Source: Chloroflexota bacterium (lineage in GTDB: Bacteria > Chloroflexota > Limnocylindria > P2-11E). From it: DNA of 64,000 nt. The translations under genes were made by a program, and so were the position numbers. Where the stretch lies: contig JAGWSB010000002.1 of the NCBI GenBank assembly GCA_028876375.1, positions 1,754 through 65,753 of the forward strand, read 5' to 3'. Of the stretch, positions 16,812 through 27,000 are shown in pieces. Position 1 is the first letter of the stretch. The number at the start of each line of letters is the position of its first letter. The notes below the pieces were generated by a model that was not told where the DNA came from, made no database searches, and saw nothing but the letters and a program-made list of their open reading frames with translations.

Positions 16812-16845
16812 GCACCGGCGGTGACACCGAGCGCATCGTAGGCGG

Positions 16846-18987
16846 GTGACCGGCTGGCGGGTAGGCCTGCTGCCGTACGCCTTCGCCGCCCTTGCCATCG
16901 TCGTCGCGAGCGCGATCGCCCTCGTCCCGACGGCGCGGGAGCCGGCGTCCATCCCTCTGGGAGCGCCTCCGACCACGGCGCCGCGTCCCACGCCGCCGGA
17001 GAGCGGCCGGCTCGCGTATTGGCGCGCCGGCGCCGGCGGACGCCAGGAGCTATGGGTCAGCGACGTCGCGGGAACGCGCCGCTCGGTCGTGGCGAGCGCC
17101 CCCGCCGGGAGCGACGTCGGGCTCACGCGCTGGTCGGCCGACGGCGAACGGATCGCGTACTCCCTCGACGGCACCGCCGTCGGCGTCGCGCGCGCGGCCG
17201 CCGGCGCGACGGCGATCGCCATCCCGGCCGCCCTCCGCGCCGACCACTGGACGATCGTCTCCCTCTCGTGGGCGCCGGACGCGAGCCTCGTCGCGGCGAC
17301 GCTCCGCGCGGCGAACGGACTCGGCGACGAGAGCGACGTGTACCTCGTCGAGCCGCGCGCCGGCGCGCAGTGGCGGCGCGCGACGACGATCGGCGACGCG
17401 TACGCCGGGGAGTGGATCGACGCCGAGCGCCTCTTCGTCGAGACGACGACCGGCATGATCGCGCTCCTCGACGCCGCGACGCTGGAGCTCCGTCCCTTCA
17501 CCGGCATCCCCGCGGTCTCGCCGCTCGTCGGGCGCGACGGACGCGTGTACTTCGTCGGCGGCGGGGCCATGGGCGAGACCGGCGCTTCGCGCCTCCCCAC
17601 CGCGAGCGGGTGGGTCTGGAGCGCGACGATCGACGGCGACGACGTGCGCCGCGAGGAGCGCGCGCCGCACGAGCAGATGCGGCTGCTCGGCGTCCTCGAC
17701 GATGGCCGCGGCGTCGTCGGTCTGCCCGGATCGGTGTACGTCTCGGGCGAGGACCTCGTTGCGCTCCCGTATCGCGCGGGGAACGTAAGCCGCGTCGTCG
17801 TGTCGCCGGACGGGCATCGGCTCCTCGCCCTCGCCGACCCGCGCATCGTGCAGATCGACACCGCGCGCATCCCGCGGCGTCTCGCGGACGGGACGCCGCC
17901 GGCGTCCGCGGCGACGGTCGTCCTCGACGGCGCGCTCGCGCCGGACGTGTGGCTGCGCTCGTCGCCCATCGCGCTCGCGCACGCCCATCCCCCGGTGGAC
18001 GCGCGCGCGCCCGTCGCGCGGCTCGCCTTCGTGCTCGGCGGCACGGTGTGGGAGTCGCGTCCCGGCCTGCCGCCGCGGCCCATCCTGTCGGCGGGCACGG
18101 CGCGCGGCTACGTCGGTCAGCTCGCGTGGTCGCCGGCGGGCGACGGCCTCGCGGCGACGATCGAGGCGCCGGGGCCGCCGTCGCTCGCGCAGACGCTCGT
18201 GGTCCGCGGGAACGGCGAGTGGCGCCTGACCGTCGGCGGGCGCATCGAGCGCGTCAGCTGGGCACCCGACGGGCGCAGCGTCGCCGTGACCGCGACCGCG
18301 ACGGGCGCGTACGGCGACACCGACGTGCGGGTCTACGACGCCGACAGCGGGACGGCCGCGCAGCGCATCCGCTCGGCTTCGGCGTCGTGGACGCGGCTCG
18401 GCCTCCTGGTCCTCGACTCGCCTGCCGCGACGCAGGCCTCCGGCGCGCCGCAGCACGTGGAGCTCGTCTCCGCGTCCGGGGCGCGCGCGGTCACCGACGA
18501 CGACCGCCTCGCGGACGATCCGCTCCTCGCCGATCTCGGGAGCGGCGACCTCGCGATCCAGCGCGTCGCCGCCTCCGGCGACGGCCGTCTCCTCGCGATG
18601 TGGGTGCGCGGCCTCACGCCGAGCGGCGGGAACGCGAACGGCGCCCTGGTCGTGACGCGCGTCAGCGACGGCCGCGCGCTCTGGGTGAGGTCGTTCGGGC
18701 TCCTTCCGATGCCGCAGGACGTCGCGTGGTCGCCGAGCGGAGCCCTCCTGGGGTGGACGCTCCGCCCGACGACCGGCGAGCCGGAGGCGTCGACGACGGC
18801 GCGCGCCGTCGACGGCGCGACCGGGCGGACGGTGATCGAGCGTGACGGTCGGTTCGCCGGCTGGTCGCCGGATGGCGCCTGGATGTACGTCGCTCGCGAC
18901 GAAGGCCTCTACGCCTATCCGGTCGACGGCGGCGAGGGCGTGCGCGTCAGCGCGATCGGCGTCCCCGTCGCCGCGACGACGCCCTAG
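16846..18987 (+). CDS. membrane-anchored PD40/TolB-like beta-propeller protein, paralog 1
   Basis: 713 aa. N-terminal TM (LLPYAFAALAIVVASAIALV). Repeated W(S/A)PDG blades (RWSADGERIAY, SWAPDASLVA, WSPAGDGLA, SWAPDGRSVAV, AWSPSGALL, GWSPDGAWMY). Confidence 0.85.
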   Translation: MTGWRVGLLPYAFAALAIVVASAIALVPTAREPASIPLGAPPTTAPRPTPPESGRLAYWRAGAGGRQELWVSDVAGTRRSVVASAPAGSDVGLTRWSADGERIAYSLDGTAVGVARAAAGATAIAIPAALRADHWTIVSLSWAPDASLVAATLRAANGLGDESDVYLVEPRAGAQWRRATTIGDAYAGEWIDAERLFVETTTGMIALLDAATLELRPFTGIPAVSPLVGRDGRVYFVGGGAMGETGASRLPTASGWVWSATIDGDDVRREERAPHEQMRLLGVLDDGRGVVGLPGSVYVSGEDLVALPYRAGNVSRVVVSPDGHRLLALADPRIVQIDTARIPRRLADGTPPASAATVVLDGALAPDVWLRSSPIALAHAHPPVDARAPVARLAFVLGGTVWESRPGLPPRPILSAGTARGYVGQLAWSPAGDGLAATIEAPGPPSLAQTLVVRGNGEWRLTVGGRIERVSWAPDGRSVAVTATATGAYGDTDVRVYDADSGTAAQRIRSASASWTRLGLLVLDSPAATQASGAPQHVELVSASGARAVTDDDRLADDPLLADLGSGDLAIQRVAASGDGRLLAMWVRGLTPSGGNANGALVVTRVSDGRALWVRSFGLLPMPQDVAWSPSGALLGWTLRPTTGEPEASTTARAVDGATGRTVIERDGRFAGWSPDGAWMYVARDEGLYAYPVDGGEGVRVSAIGVPVAATTP

Positions 18988-19026
18988 GGGTGGGAACGGC
19001 GCCCCGGCGGGGGTAGTACTACGCGC

Positions 19027-21183
19027 GTGCGCCACACCCGCGCGCTCGCGCCGTACGCCGCGCTCTCGGCGGCGATAGTCGTCGTGAGCGCCGCCGCCAT
19101 CGCCGCGACGGTGCGCGACGCGTCGCGCAGCGGCGCTCCCGAGCCCACGCCGGGTCGGGCGGTCCTGTCGGACACCGCGCGTATCGCGTACTGGCGCGCC
19201 GGTCCGCAGCACGCCCTCGACCTCTGGGTCGGCGACCTCGAGGGACCGCGGAAGTGGACGATCGCGACCGCGGACGACCGCGCGCAGATCCATCTCACGC
19301 GCTGGTCGCCCGACGGGAGCGCCGTCGCCTATCTCGGCGACGGCGGCGCGATGGGGGTCGCGCACGTCGACGGGACGCCCGTCACGACGATCGCGCTTCC
19401 GACGGCGCTGCTGAACGACGGCTGGCGGATCACGTCGCTCGAGTGGTCGCCCGACGCGAGTCGCGTCGCCGCGACCGTTCGCAGCGGCCGGGGGATAGGG
19501 AACGACAGCGACGTCTACGTCGCATCCGCGAACGGGGCGGAGCCGTGGCGGCGGCTGACGACCATCGGCGACGCGTTCGCCGCGCCGTGGATCGACGGCT
19601 CGCGCATGCTCATCGAGACGGCCAGCGGGATGATCGCGACGCTCGACGTGACGACCGGCGAGGTGCGGCCCCTCACCGGCATGCCGGCCGCGTCGCCGAT
19701 CCTCGCGCGCGACGGGCGCGTGTACTTCATCGGCGGCCGCTTCGTGCGCACGGTCGCGTCCGACCGGCCGTACGCGAGCGGCTGGGTGTGGAGCTCGACG
19801 GTCGACGGCGACGACGTCCGCCGCGAGGACAGCGTCGCCCTCGATCAGGTGCGGCTCCACGCGCTGCTCGCCGACGGCCGCGCGGTCGTGGGCGCGCCCG
19901 GCTCGATCTTTCTCGCGCGCGACCAGCGCATCGTGCTCTCGTTCCGCGCCGGCAGCGTGCGCTCGGTCGAGGTATCCGACGACGGACGCCAGATCGTCGG
20001 CTGGACCGGATCGCGCGTCCTGCGCATCGATGCGTCGAAGGTGGCGGGGACGCCGGTGACGCTGCCGTCCGAGGCCGCGGCGACGGTCCTCCTCGACGGC
20101 GTCGCCGACGCCGACGCGTGGTTCCCGCGGAGCATGCCGCCGCTCGCGCACGCCGCGGCGGCCGCGGTCGACGTTCCGGCCGCGCGTCTCGCGTACGTGC
20201 TCGATCGGGCCGTCTGGGTGCGCGATCCCGGCGGCGCGAGCCGCATCGTCGGCACCACGGCGCAGTACTTCGCGTCGCAGCCGCGCTGGTCGCCCGACGG
20301 CCAACGCCTCGCCGTCGTGACCGTGTCGGGCTTCACGACGCCCACCGCTACCGTCGTCGTCACCGGAGCGCAGGGGACGCAGCGGTGGACCCCTCCCGGC
20401 CTCGACTCGCTCGCGGGCTGGACGCCCGACGGGCGCGGCCTCGTGTTCGTCCACGGCGGCGGCACGATCGATCGCGGATCCGGACCGCAGCCGACGGGAT
20501 GGAAGAGCGAGATCCGCGCCGCCGACACGGGCGCCTTCACAGAGACCGTCGACGGACGCCTGACGTTCGCCGGCCAAGACCGCGTGGTCCTCACCGACGG
20601 CAGCGTCGAGCCGGGAACGAGCCTGCTCCTTCACCAGCGCGTCGAGATCGTCGGCGCCGCGGGCGCGCGCACGGTCACGGACGCGGACCGGCTCGCCTCC
20701 GAGCTCCCGCCGCCGTCGACGCCGGGCGACCCGTACATCGAGCGGCTCGTGCCGATGGGGGAGCCGGGCTACGTCGGCGTCTCGCTCCGCTACGCGCGCG
20801 CGCCGAGCAGCACGACGATCACGTACGCGCTCTTCGCCGTCGTGCGCACGAGCGACGGACACGTGACGTGGTCCGTCGCGCAGGACACGCCGACGTACAG
20901 CCTCGACCTGTCGGCCTCTCCTGTCGGCGCCTACGTCGGATGGACGGAGTACCGCGGCGGACCGGGGCCGAACGTCGACCCCTCGGCGTCGCGCGCGCAC
21001 GTCGCCGATCCGCTGACCGGGCGAACGCTCCTCACGGTCGGTGGCCGCTTCGCGGGCTGGTCACCCGATCCGGCGTGGATCTACGTCGCGCGTGACGAAG
21101 GCTTGTTCGGGGTGCGCATCGCGGACGGCCGCGTCGAGCGCGTCGGTCCGATCGGGGTGCCGGTCACCGCGGCGCGACCCTAG
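19027..21183 (+). CDS. membrane-anchored PD40/TolB-like beta-propeller protein, paralog 2
   Basis: 718 aa, colinear with paralog 1. Shared blocks include IAYWRAG, LTRWSxDG, DSDVY, WRRxTTIGDA, RDGRVYFxGG, ASGWVWSxTxDGDDVRRE and GRFAGWSPDxAWxYVARDEGL. Confidence 0.85.
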   Translation: MRHTRALAPYAALSAAIVVVSAAAIAATVRDASRSGAPEPTPGRAVLSDTARIAYWRAGPQHALDLWVGDLEGPRKWTIATADDRAQIHLTRWSPDGSAVAYLGDGGAMGVAHVDGTPVTTIALPTALLNDGWRITSLEWSPDASRVAATVRSGRGIGNDSDVYVASANGAEPWRRLTTIGDAFAAPWIDGSRMLIETASGMIATLDVTTGEVRPLTGMPAASPILARDGRVYFIGGRFVRTVASDRPYASGWVWSSTVDGDDVRREDSVALDQVRLHALLADGRAVVGAPGSIFLARDQRIVLSFRAGSVRSVEVSDDGRQIVGWTGSRVLRIDASKVAGTPVTLPSEAAATVLLDGVADADAWFPRSMPPLAHAAAAAVDVPAARLAYVLDRAVWVRDPGGASRIVGTTAQYFASQPRWSPDGQRLAVVTVSGFTTPTATVVVTGAQGTQRWTPPGLDSLAGWTPDGRGLVFVHGGGTIDRGSGPQPTGWKSEIRAADTGAFTETVDGRLTFAGQDRVVLTDGSVEPGTSLLLHQRVEIVGAAGARTVTDADRLASELPPPSTPGDPYIERLVPMGEPGYVGVSLRYARAPSSTTITYALFAVVRTSDGHVTWSVAQDTPTYSLDLSASPVGAYVGWTEYRGGPGPNVDPSASRAHVADPLTGRTLLTVGGRFAGWSPDPAWIYVARDEGLFGVRIADGRVERVGPIGVPVTAARP

Positions 21184-22148
21184 TAGCCCGCGATCTCGAG
21201 CAGATCGGTGAGCACGGCGTAGGCGACCTGCTCGACGTGCGGATCGTGGAGCTGGACGACGACCTTGCCGGCGAGGTCCGTGTCGAGCTCGAGGGCCATC
21301 GACCAGCCGTCGACCGCATAGAGCGGATCGAGCGGATCCAGGCGTCGCGGTCCGGTCGAGGCGGAGACGGCGCCGGCGGCGCGGCGGATCTCGACGATCG
21401 GACGGACGCGCGCGCCGTCGCGCGCCGCAAGGGTCGCGTCCCGCGCCGCAGCCTCGTCGATCGGCGCGCGTCGCACGTCCTCCATCCGGATGTCGGCGTC
21501 CATGAGCACGTTCGCGAGGATCGTCGCCTTGGCCGCGGCGTCGTGGCCCTCGAGGTCGTTCGACGGATCGGCCTCGGCGATGCCGAGGCGCTGCGCCTCG
21601 GCGAGCGCATCGGAAAAGGACACGCCGCGCGCGGCGGCGGAGAGGATGTGATTGGTCGTGCTCGATACGATGCCGCGCAGCGCGCGGATCTCGGCGAGCG
21701 GGAGCGCGGCGCGGCGCAGCGTGAAGACGGGGAGGCAATCGGAGAGGGTCGCCTCGAAGCGCAGCAGCCGCCCGTTCGCGGCGGCGAGGCCGCGCAGCTC
21801 GCGGTAGGCCCGCGCGATGGGCCCTTTGTTCGCGGTCACGACGTGCTTGCGCGCGCGCAGCGCGGCGCGCACGTGGCCGAGCGCGGGCTGCGCGGTGCGC
21901 GCGTCGAGCGTCGTGATCTCGACGACGACGTCGCAGGGCAGGTCGCCGATCGCGGGAGACGCCCCGCGCGAGGGCAGCTCCGACCGGCTCAGCGCGCCGG
22001 CGAGGTCGATGCCGCTCGCGTCGACCCACCAGCCGTGGCTTCGCGTGAGGATGGCCGTGACGAGGAAGGGCGCGTCGTCCCGCTTCGCGAGGAGAAGGCG
22101 CGCGAGCGCGCGGCCGACGCCCCCGAACCCGAGCAGCGCGACGCGCAC
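21180..22148 (-). CDS. hom: homoserine dehydrogenase
   Basis: MRVALLGFGGVGR Rossmann motif, VVTANKG and GIAEADPSNDLEGHDAAAKATILA. Confidence 0.9.
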   Translation of the reverse strand: MRVALLGFGGVGRALARLLLAKRDDAPFLVTAILTRSHGWWVDASGIDLAGALSRSELPSRGASPAIGDLPCDVVVEITTLDARTAQPALGHVRAALRARKHVVTANKGPIARAYRELRGLAAANGRLLRFEATLSDCLPVFTLRRAALPLAEIRALRGIVSSTTNHILSAAARGVSFSDALAEAQRLGIAEADPSNDLEGHDAAAKATILANVLMDADIRMEDVRRAPIDEAAARDATLAARDGARVRPIVEIRRAAGAVSASTGPRRLDPLDPLYAVDGWSMALELDTDLAGKVVVQLHDPHVEQVAYAVLTDLLEIAGY

Positions 22149-22152
22149 GGTC

Positions 22153-23256
22153 CTAGGAGAGGCTGGCGATCGCCGCGTCGATCTCGGCCAGGCCGGCGCG
22201 CAGCTTCGCCGGGGGCCCGCCGAACCCGATGCGCAGGTGCCGCTCCACGAGCAGCTGCGATCCGGGGACGACCATCGTTCCGCGCTCCTGGATCAACCGC
22301 TCCACGAACGGCCACGAGTCGACGCCGTAGGCGTAGCCGAAGAAGGAGATCGCGCCGGCGCGCGGCCGCGCCCACCGCAGCTTGCCGTCGTGCGCGACGG
22401 CCCACTTCTCGAGGGCGGGCCAGCGCTCGACGAGGAGGCGCCGCGTCCGCGCCAGGAGCGCGTCGCGGCAGCCGAGCGCCGCCTCGGCGAGCGCCTCCGA
22501 GATCGTCGCGGTCGCGATCGTCGTGTAGTCCTTCTGCGCCCACGCGGCCTCGATGCGCTCCGGCGGCGCGACGATCCACCCGATGCGCAGGCCGGGGAGG
22601 CCGTAGGCCTTCGACAGCCCGCCGGTCACGACGACGCGCTCGCAGCGCCCCCACATGGATGCGCTCTCCACGCCGTCGTGCTCGGTCCCGCGGTAGACCT
22701 CGTCGCACAGGACCCACGCGCCGACGCGCTCGGCCAGGCGCGCGACGGCGTCGAGGTCCGAGGCCGAGAGGATCTGCCCCGTCGGATTGTTCGGCGTGCA
22801 GAGGCAGATGAGCTTCGTCCGCGCGGTGATCGCCGCGGACAGGCGGTCGTGGTCGAGGGTCCAGCCGCGCTCCTCCTCGAGCCACACCTCGCGCACGCTC
22901 GCGCCGATCCCGCGCGCCAGTCCGTGGACCTGCATGTAGCTCGGGAGCACGACGACGACCTCGTCGCCGCGCTCGACGAGCGTCGTCACGACGAGGAAGT
23001 TCGCCTCGCTCGTCCCCGTCGTGACGAGGATCTGGTCCGCCGTCGCGCCACGGTGGATGCGCGCGACCTGCGCGCGTGTCGCGTCGCGTCCGCGGCCGTC
23101 GGCGTACCCGAGGCGGAGGTCGCCGATGTCGCGCCCGACGAGCTCGAGCGTCTCACCGAGCGTGAGCGGCTCGACGCCGGACTCGGAGAGGTCGTAGCGG
23201 ACGCGGTGCTCCCACGTCGACTGCATCCGCTCCATCTCGAACGTGGGGAACCGCAT
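22153..23256 (-). CDS. PLP-dependent aminotransferase, class I/II fold
   Basis: 367 aa from ATG 23256. TPNNPTGQ and the PLP-lysine context GGLSKAYGLPGLRIGW. The upstream part of the track ORF is shadow. Confidence 0.88.
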   Translation of the reverse strand: MRFPTFEMERMQSTWEHRVRYDLSESGVEPLTLGETLELVGRDIGDLRLGYADGRGRDATRAQVARIHRGATADQILVTTGTSEANFLVVTTLVERGDEVVVVLPSYMQVHGLARGIGASVREVWLEEERGWTLDHDRLSAAITARTKLICLCTPNNPTGQILSASDLDAVARLAERVGAWVLCDEVYRGTEHDGVESASMWGRCERVVVTGGLSKAYGLPGLRIGWIVAPPERIEAAWAQKDYTTIATATISEALAEAALGCRDALLARTRRLLVERWPALEKWAVAHDGKLRWARPRAGAISFFGYAYGVDSWPFVERLIQERGTMVVPGSQLLVERHLRIGFGGPPAKLRAGLAEIDAAIASLS

Positions 23257-23280
23257 CCGCCGTATGCTGATCCCAACTCG

Positions 23281-23365
23281 TCCCCGGGCGCGCAGACCGA
23301 GGCGCCGCAGCGACGAGGTCGAGCACCCGGGCCGAGCGAGCGGCTTTGCCGCGAGCGAGGTCGGA
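23281..23365 (+). repeat. about 85-bp interspersed repeat, copy A
   Basis: TCCCCGGGCGCGCAGACCGAGGCGCCGCAGCGACGAGGTCGAGCACCCGGGCCGAGCGAGCGGCTTTGCCGCGAGCGAGGTCGGA. It aligns to 45089..45171 with about 6-7 differences, and the flanks are unrelated. Located in the aminotransferase/pth divergent intergenic region. Confidence 0.85.
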
Positions 23366-23416
23366 CCAGGCCCCATCGGCGTCGATGTGGGCCCCTTTCG
23401 CGTGTTCGGGAGGTCT

Positions 23417-24034
23417 ATGCGCTTCTTCCAGCGATCGAGCGCCCCGCGCGTCGACCGGCTCGTCGTCGGGCTGGGCAATCCCGGCGACGGCTACGCCTCG
23501 ACGCGGCACAACGTCGGGTTCCAGGTCGCGTCGCGGCTGGCGAAGCGCGCGCGCGCCGAGTTCTCGACCAAGGCGGCCGACGCCCGGATCGCGGAGGGCA
23601 CGCTCGCCGGGTACAAGGTCGCGATCGCGCGGCCCCAGACGTTCATGAACGACAGCGGCCGCTCCGTCGGGAAGCTCCTCGACCGCTACCGCCTCGAGCC
23701 GGCCGACGTGCTCGTCGTGTACGACGACGTCGACCTGCCCTTGGGGCGCGTGCGCATCCGGCCCAAAGGCGGTCCCGGGACGCACAACGGCGTCCGCTCG
23801 GTCGTCGCCGAGATCGGCGACGCCTTCCCGCGCGTGCGCTGCGGCGTCGCACCGGTCGACCCGAGGCGGGAGATCGACGTCGACCTCGCGGACTACGTCC
23901 TCCAGCCGTTCGCCGCGGACGAGCGCGAAGCGGCCGAGGCCATGATCGCGCGCGCCGCGGACGCGATCGAGGTCGCCCTCCGCGACGGCGTCGAGGCCGC
24001 GATGACGCGCTTCAACGGCGCGGACAAGCCATGA
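23417..24034 (+). CDS. pth: peptidyl-tRNA hydrolase
   Basis: LVVGLGNPG..Y..TRHNVGF, QTFMNDSG and GGPGTHNG. ATG 23417 follows GGGAGG. Confidence 0.93.
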   Translation: MRFFQRSSAPRVDRLVVGLGNPGDGYASTRHNVGFQVASRLAKRARAEFSTKAADARIAEGTLAGYKVAIARPQTFMNDSGRSVGKLLDRYRLEPADVLVVYDDVDLPLGRVRIRPKGGPGTHNGVRSVVAEIGDAFPRVRCGVAPVDPRREIDVDLADYVLQPFAADEREAAEAMIARAADAIEVALRDGVEAAMTRFNGADKP

Positions 24035-27000
24035 CCGCGCTGGAGACCGCCGTCGGCGGCGTGCGCCTCGCGGGGGCGCTCGAGCTCGCGGAGCGCAGCG
24101 AGCGCTTCCGCGACCTGCTGTCTCGGATCGAGGAGCGCCGCGCCCTGGCCATCACCGAGGCGAGCGGCGGCGCGCGCGCGTTCGCGTGGGCGGCGATCGC
24201 CGCGCGCAGGGGGAGCGTGATCCTCGTCGTCGCGCCGAGCGGCGAGCGCGCCGCGCGGTGGCGCTCCGAGCTCGCCGCGTGGCTCGGCGAGGACCGCGTC
24301 GTCGCGTTCCCCGAGCGCGAGGCCATGCCCTTCGAGGCATCCGCCTCGTCGCCGGCGACGATCCATCAGCGCCTCGTCGCGCTGTGGCGCATCCGCGAGG
24401 GCGGGCCGCTCGCGGTCGTCGCGCCGCTCCGTGCGCTCCTCCAGCACACCATCTCGCCCGAGGACCTCGCGTCGCGCGCGCGCGTCCTCGCTCCCGGCGC
24501 GAAGCTGCCGTGGCGCGAGACGGCGCTGTGGCTGACCGGGATCGGCTACGAGCCCGTCCCCGAGGTGAGCGAGCCCGGGCAGTTCTCGCGGCGCGGCGGC
24601 ATCGTCGACGTCCACCCGGCGGGGGAGGAGCGCCCGGTGCGCATCGAGCTCTTCGGTGACGAGGTCGAGACGATCCGCGCGTTCGACCCCGTGACCCAGC
24701 GCTCTCAGGACGCGCGCGAGCGCGTCGTCATCCTCCCCGCGCGGGAGCTCACCCTCGCCGAGGGGCCGCGGCTCGCCGAGCGTCTCGCGGACCTCGGCTG
24801 GGAGCGGATCGACGGCGGCAGTGAGATCGCGCCGTACGCCGCGGTCGTGGAGCCGCTGCGCCAGCGGACGGAGGCGCCCGGGGTGGAGGCGTTCGCGCCG
24901 CTCCTCGGCGCGGCGTCGTCGATCGTCGACCACCTCCCCGAGCGCGGGACGGTCGTCTACGAGGACACCATCGAGCTCGACCTGGCCCACGACACCTACG
25001 AGCAGCTCGCGGAGGAGCGCAGGGAAGAGCTGCGCGCGGAGGGGCTCGCCGTCGGTGCCTTCCCCGCGCCGTACGTGCCGCGCGATCGGCTCGAGCGCGC
25101 CGCGGCGGAGCGCGGCACGGTGCGGATCGGGCCGGGCGCGGGCGCGTTCGCGCTCGGCTGGGGGAGCGCGGTGAGCTACGCCGGCCGTCTCGACGCGTTC
25201 CTGCGCGAGGTGGCGGCCGCCGGTCCGGGGACGCGCCTCGTCGCGACGCCGCAGGCCGCGCGCCTCGCCGACCTCCTCGCCGAGCGCGACGTGGTCGCGA
25301 CCCCGCGCGACGACCTCGACGAGCCGCCGGCGGAAGGCGCGCTGGTCCTCCTCCACGTTCCGCTCGCCGAGGGCTTCGTCGTGCCCGAGCTGTCGCTGCG
25401 CGTCTTCACCGACGCCGAGATCTTCGGGTTCCGCAAGCCGCGCCATCCCGTGCGCCGCCGCCGCCGCGTCGCCATCGGCTCGCTCCTGGCGGACCTCCGC
25501 CCGGGCGACCACGTCGTGCACGAGGACCGCGGCATCGCCCTCTTCGAGCGCTTCCTGGAGCGCGAGGTCGCCGGCGTCGTGCGCGAATACCTCGAGCTCC
25601 GCTTCGCCGACGGCGTCACGTCCCTTCCGACCGAGCGCATCGACAAGATCACGCGCTACGTCGGCGGCACGCCGCCCGGCCTGAGCGCGATGGGCGGGAC
25701 CGACTGGCTGCGCACGAAGCGCAAGGCGAAGAAGGCGACGGAGGACATCGCGCGCGAGCTGCTCCGGCTGTACGCCGAGCGCGAGACGGTGCGCGCGACC
25801 GCGCTGTCGCCGGACACGCCGTGGCAGGTCGAGCTCGAGAACGCCTTCCCGTTCACCGAGACGCCGGACCAGCTCGCGGCGATCGAGGACACGAAGAAGG
25901 ACCTCGAGCAGCCGCGGCCCATGGACCGGCTCGTCGTCGGCGACGTCGGCTACGGCAAGACCGAGGTCGCGCTGCGCGCGGCGTTCAAGGCGGTGCAGGA
26001 CGGGAAGCAGGTCGCGGTCCTGGTCCCGACGACCGTTCTCGCCCAGCAGCACTACGAGACGTTCTGCGAGCGGCTCGAGACCTTCCCGGTGAAGATCGAG
26101 ATGCTCTCGCGCTTCCGCAGCGCGCCGGAGCAGAAGGAGATCGTCGAGCGGATCGGCGCGGGCGACGTCGACGTCGTCATCGGCACGCACCGCGTGCTGC
26201 AGAAGGACGTCCGCTTCCGCGACCTCGGCCTTCTGGTCATCGACGAGGAGCACCGCTTCGGCGTCAAGCACAAGGAGCGCCTCAAGCAGATGCGCACGGA
26301 GGTACACGTCCTGTCGCTCACCGCGACGCCCATCCCGCGCACGCTGCACATGGCGCTGTCGGGGATCCGCGACATCAGCGTCATCGAGACGCCGCCCGAG
26401 GACCGTCAGCCGATCGAGACCCACGTCGTCGAGCGCACGCAGGAGCTGCTGCGCGAGGCCATCCACCGCGAGCTCGACCGCGGCGGCCAGGTCTACTACG
26501 TCCACAACCGCGTGATGGGCATCGAGCAGGAGGCGGAGCGGCTGCGCCGCCTCGTCCCGTCGGCGCGCTTCGTCGTCGCGCACGGGCAGATGCACGAGCG
26601 CCAGCTCGAGAAGGTCATGGTCGGCTTCGCCGACGGCGACTTCGACGTCCTGGTGTGCACGACCATCATCGAGTCGGGCCTCGACATCCCGAACGTGAAC
26701 ACCATCGTCATCGACCGCGCCGGCCAGCTCGGCCTGGCCCAGCTCTACCAGCTGCGCGGCCGCGTCGGCCGCAGCGCGATGAAGGCCTACGCCTTCCTGC
26801 TCTACGACAAGCCGGAGCGCCTGTCGGAGGACGCGCGCAAGCGCCTGCAGGCGGTGTTCGAGGCCAGCGAGCTCGGCGCCGGGTTCAAGATCGCGATGCA
26901 GGACCTCGAGATCCGCGGCGCGGGGAACATCCTCGGCGCCGAGCAGCACGGCAACGTCACGGCCGTCGGCTTCGAGCTCTACACGCAGCTGCTCCAGGAG

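Noticed and set aside
17050-21000. 1316-aa ORF on the minus strand spanning both propeller genes
   Set aside because: It is antisense to two well-supported genes. Its composition is dominated by R/D/G/A/P with no motifs. This is the classic high-GC shadow ORF.
23893-26949. 1018-aa minus-strand ORF opposite mfd
   Set aside because: It is an antisense shadow of a gene with unambiguous Mfd motifs, and its composition is low-complexity and rich in R, A, L, E and D.
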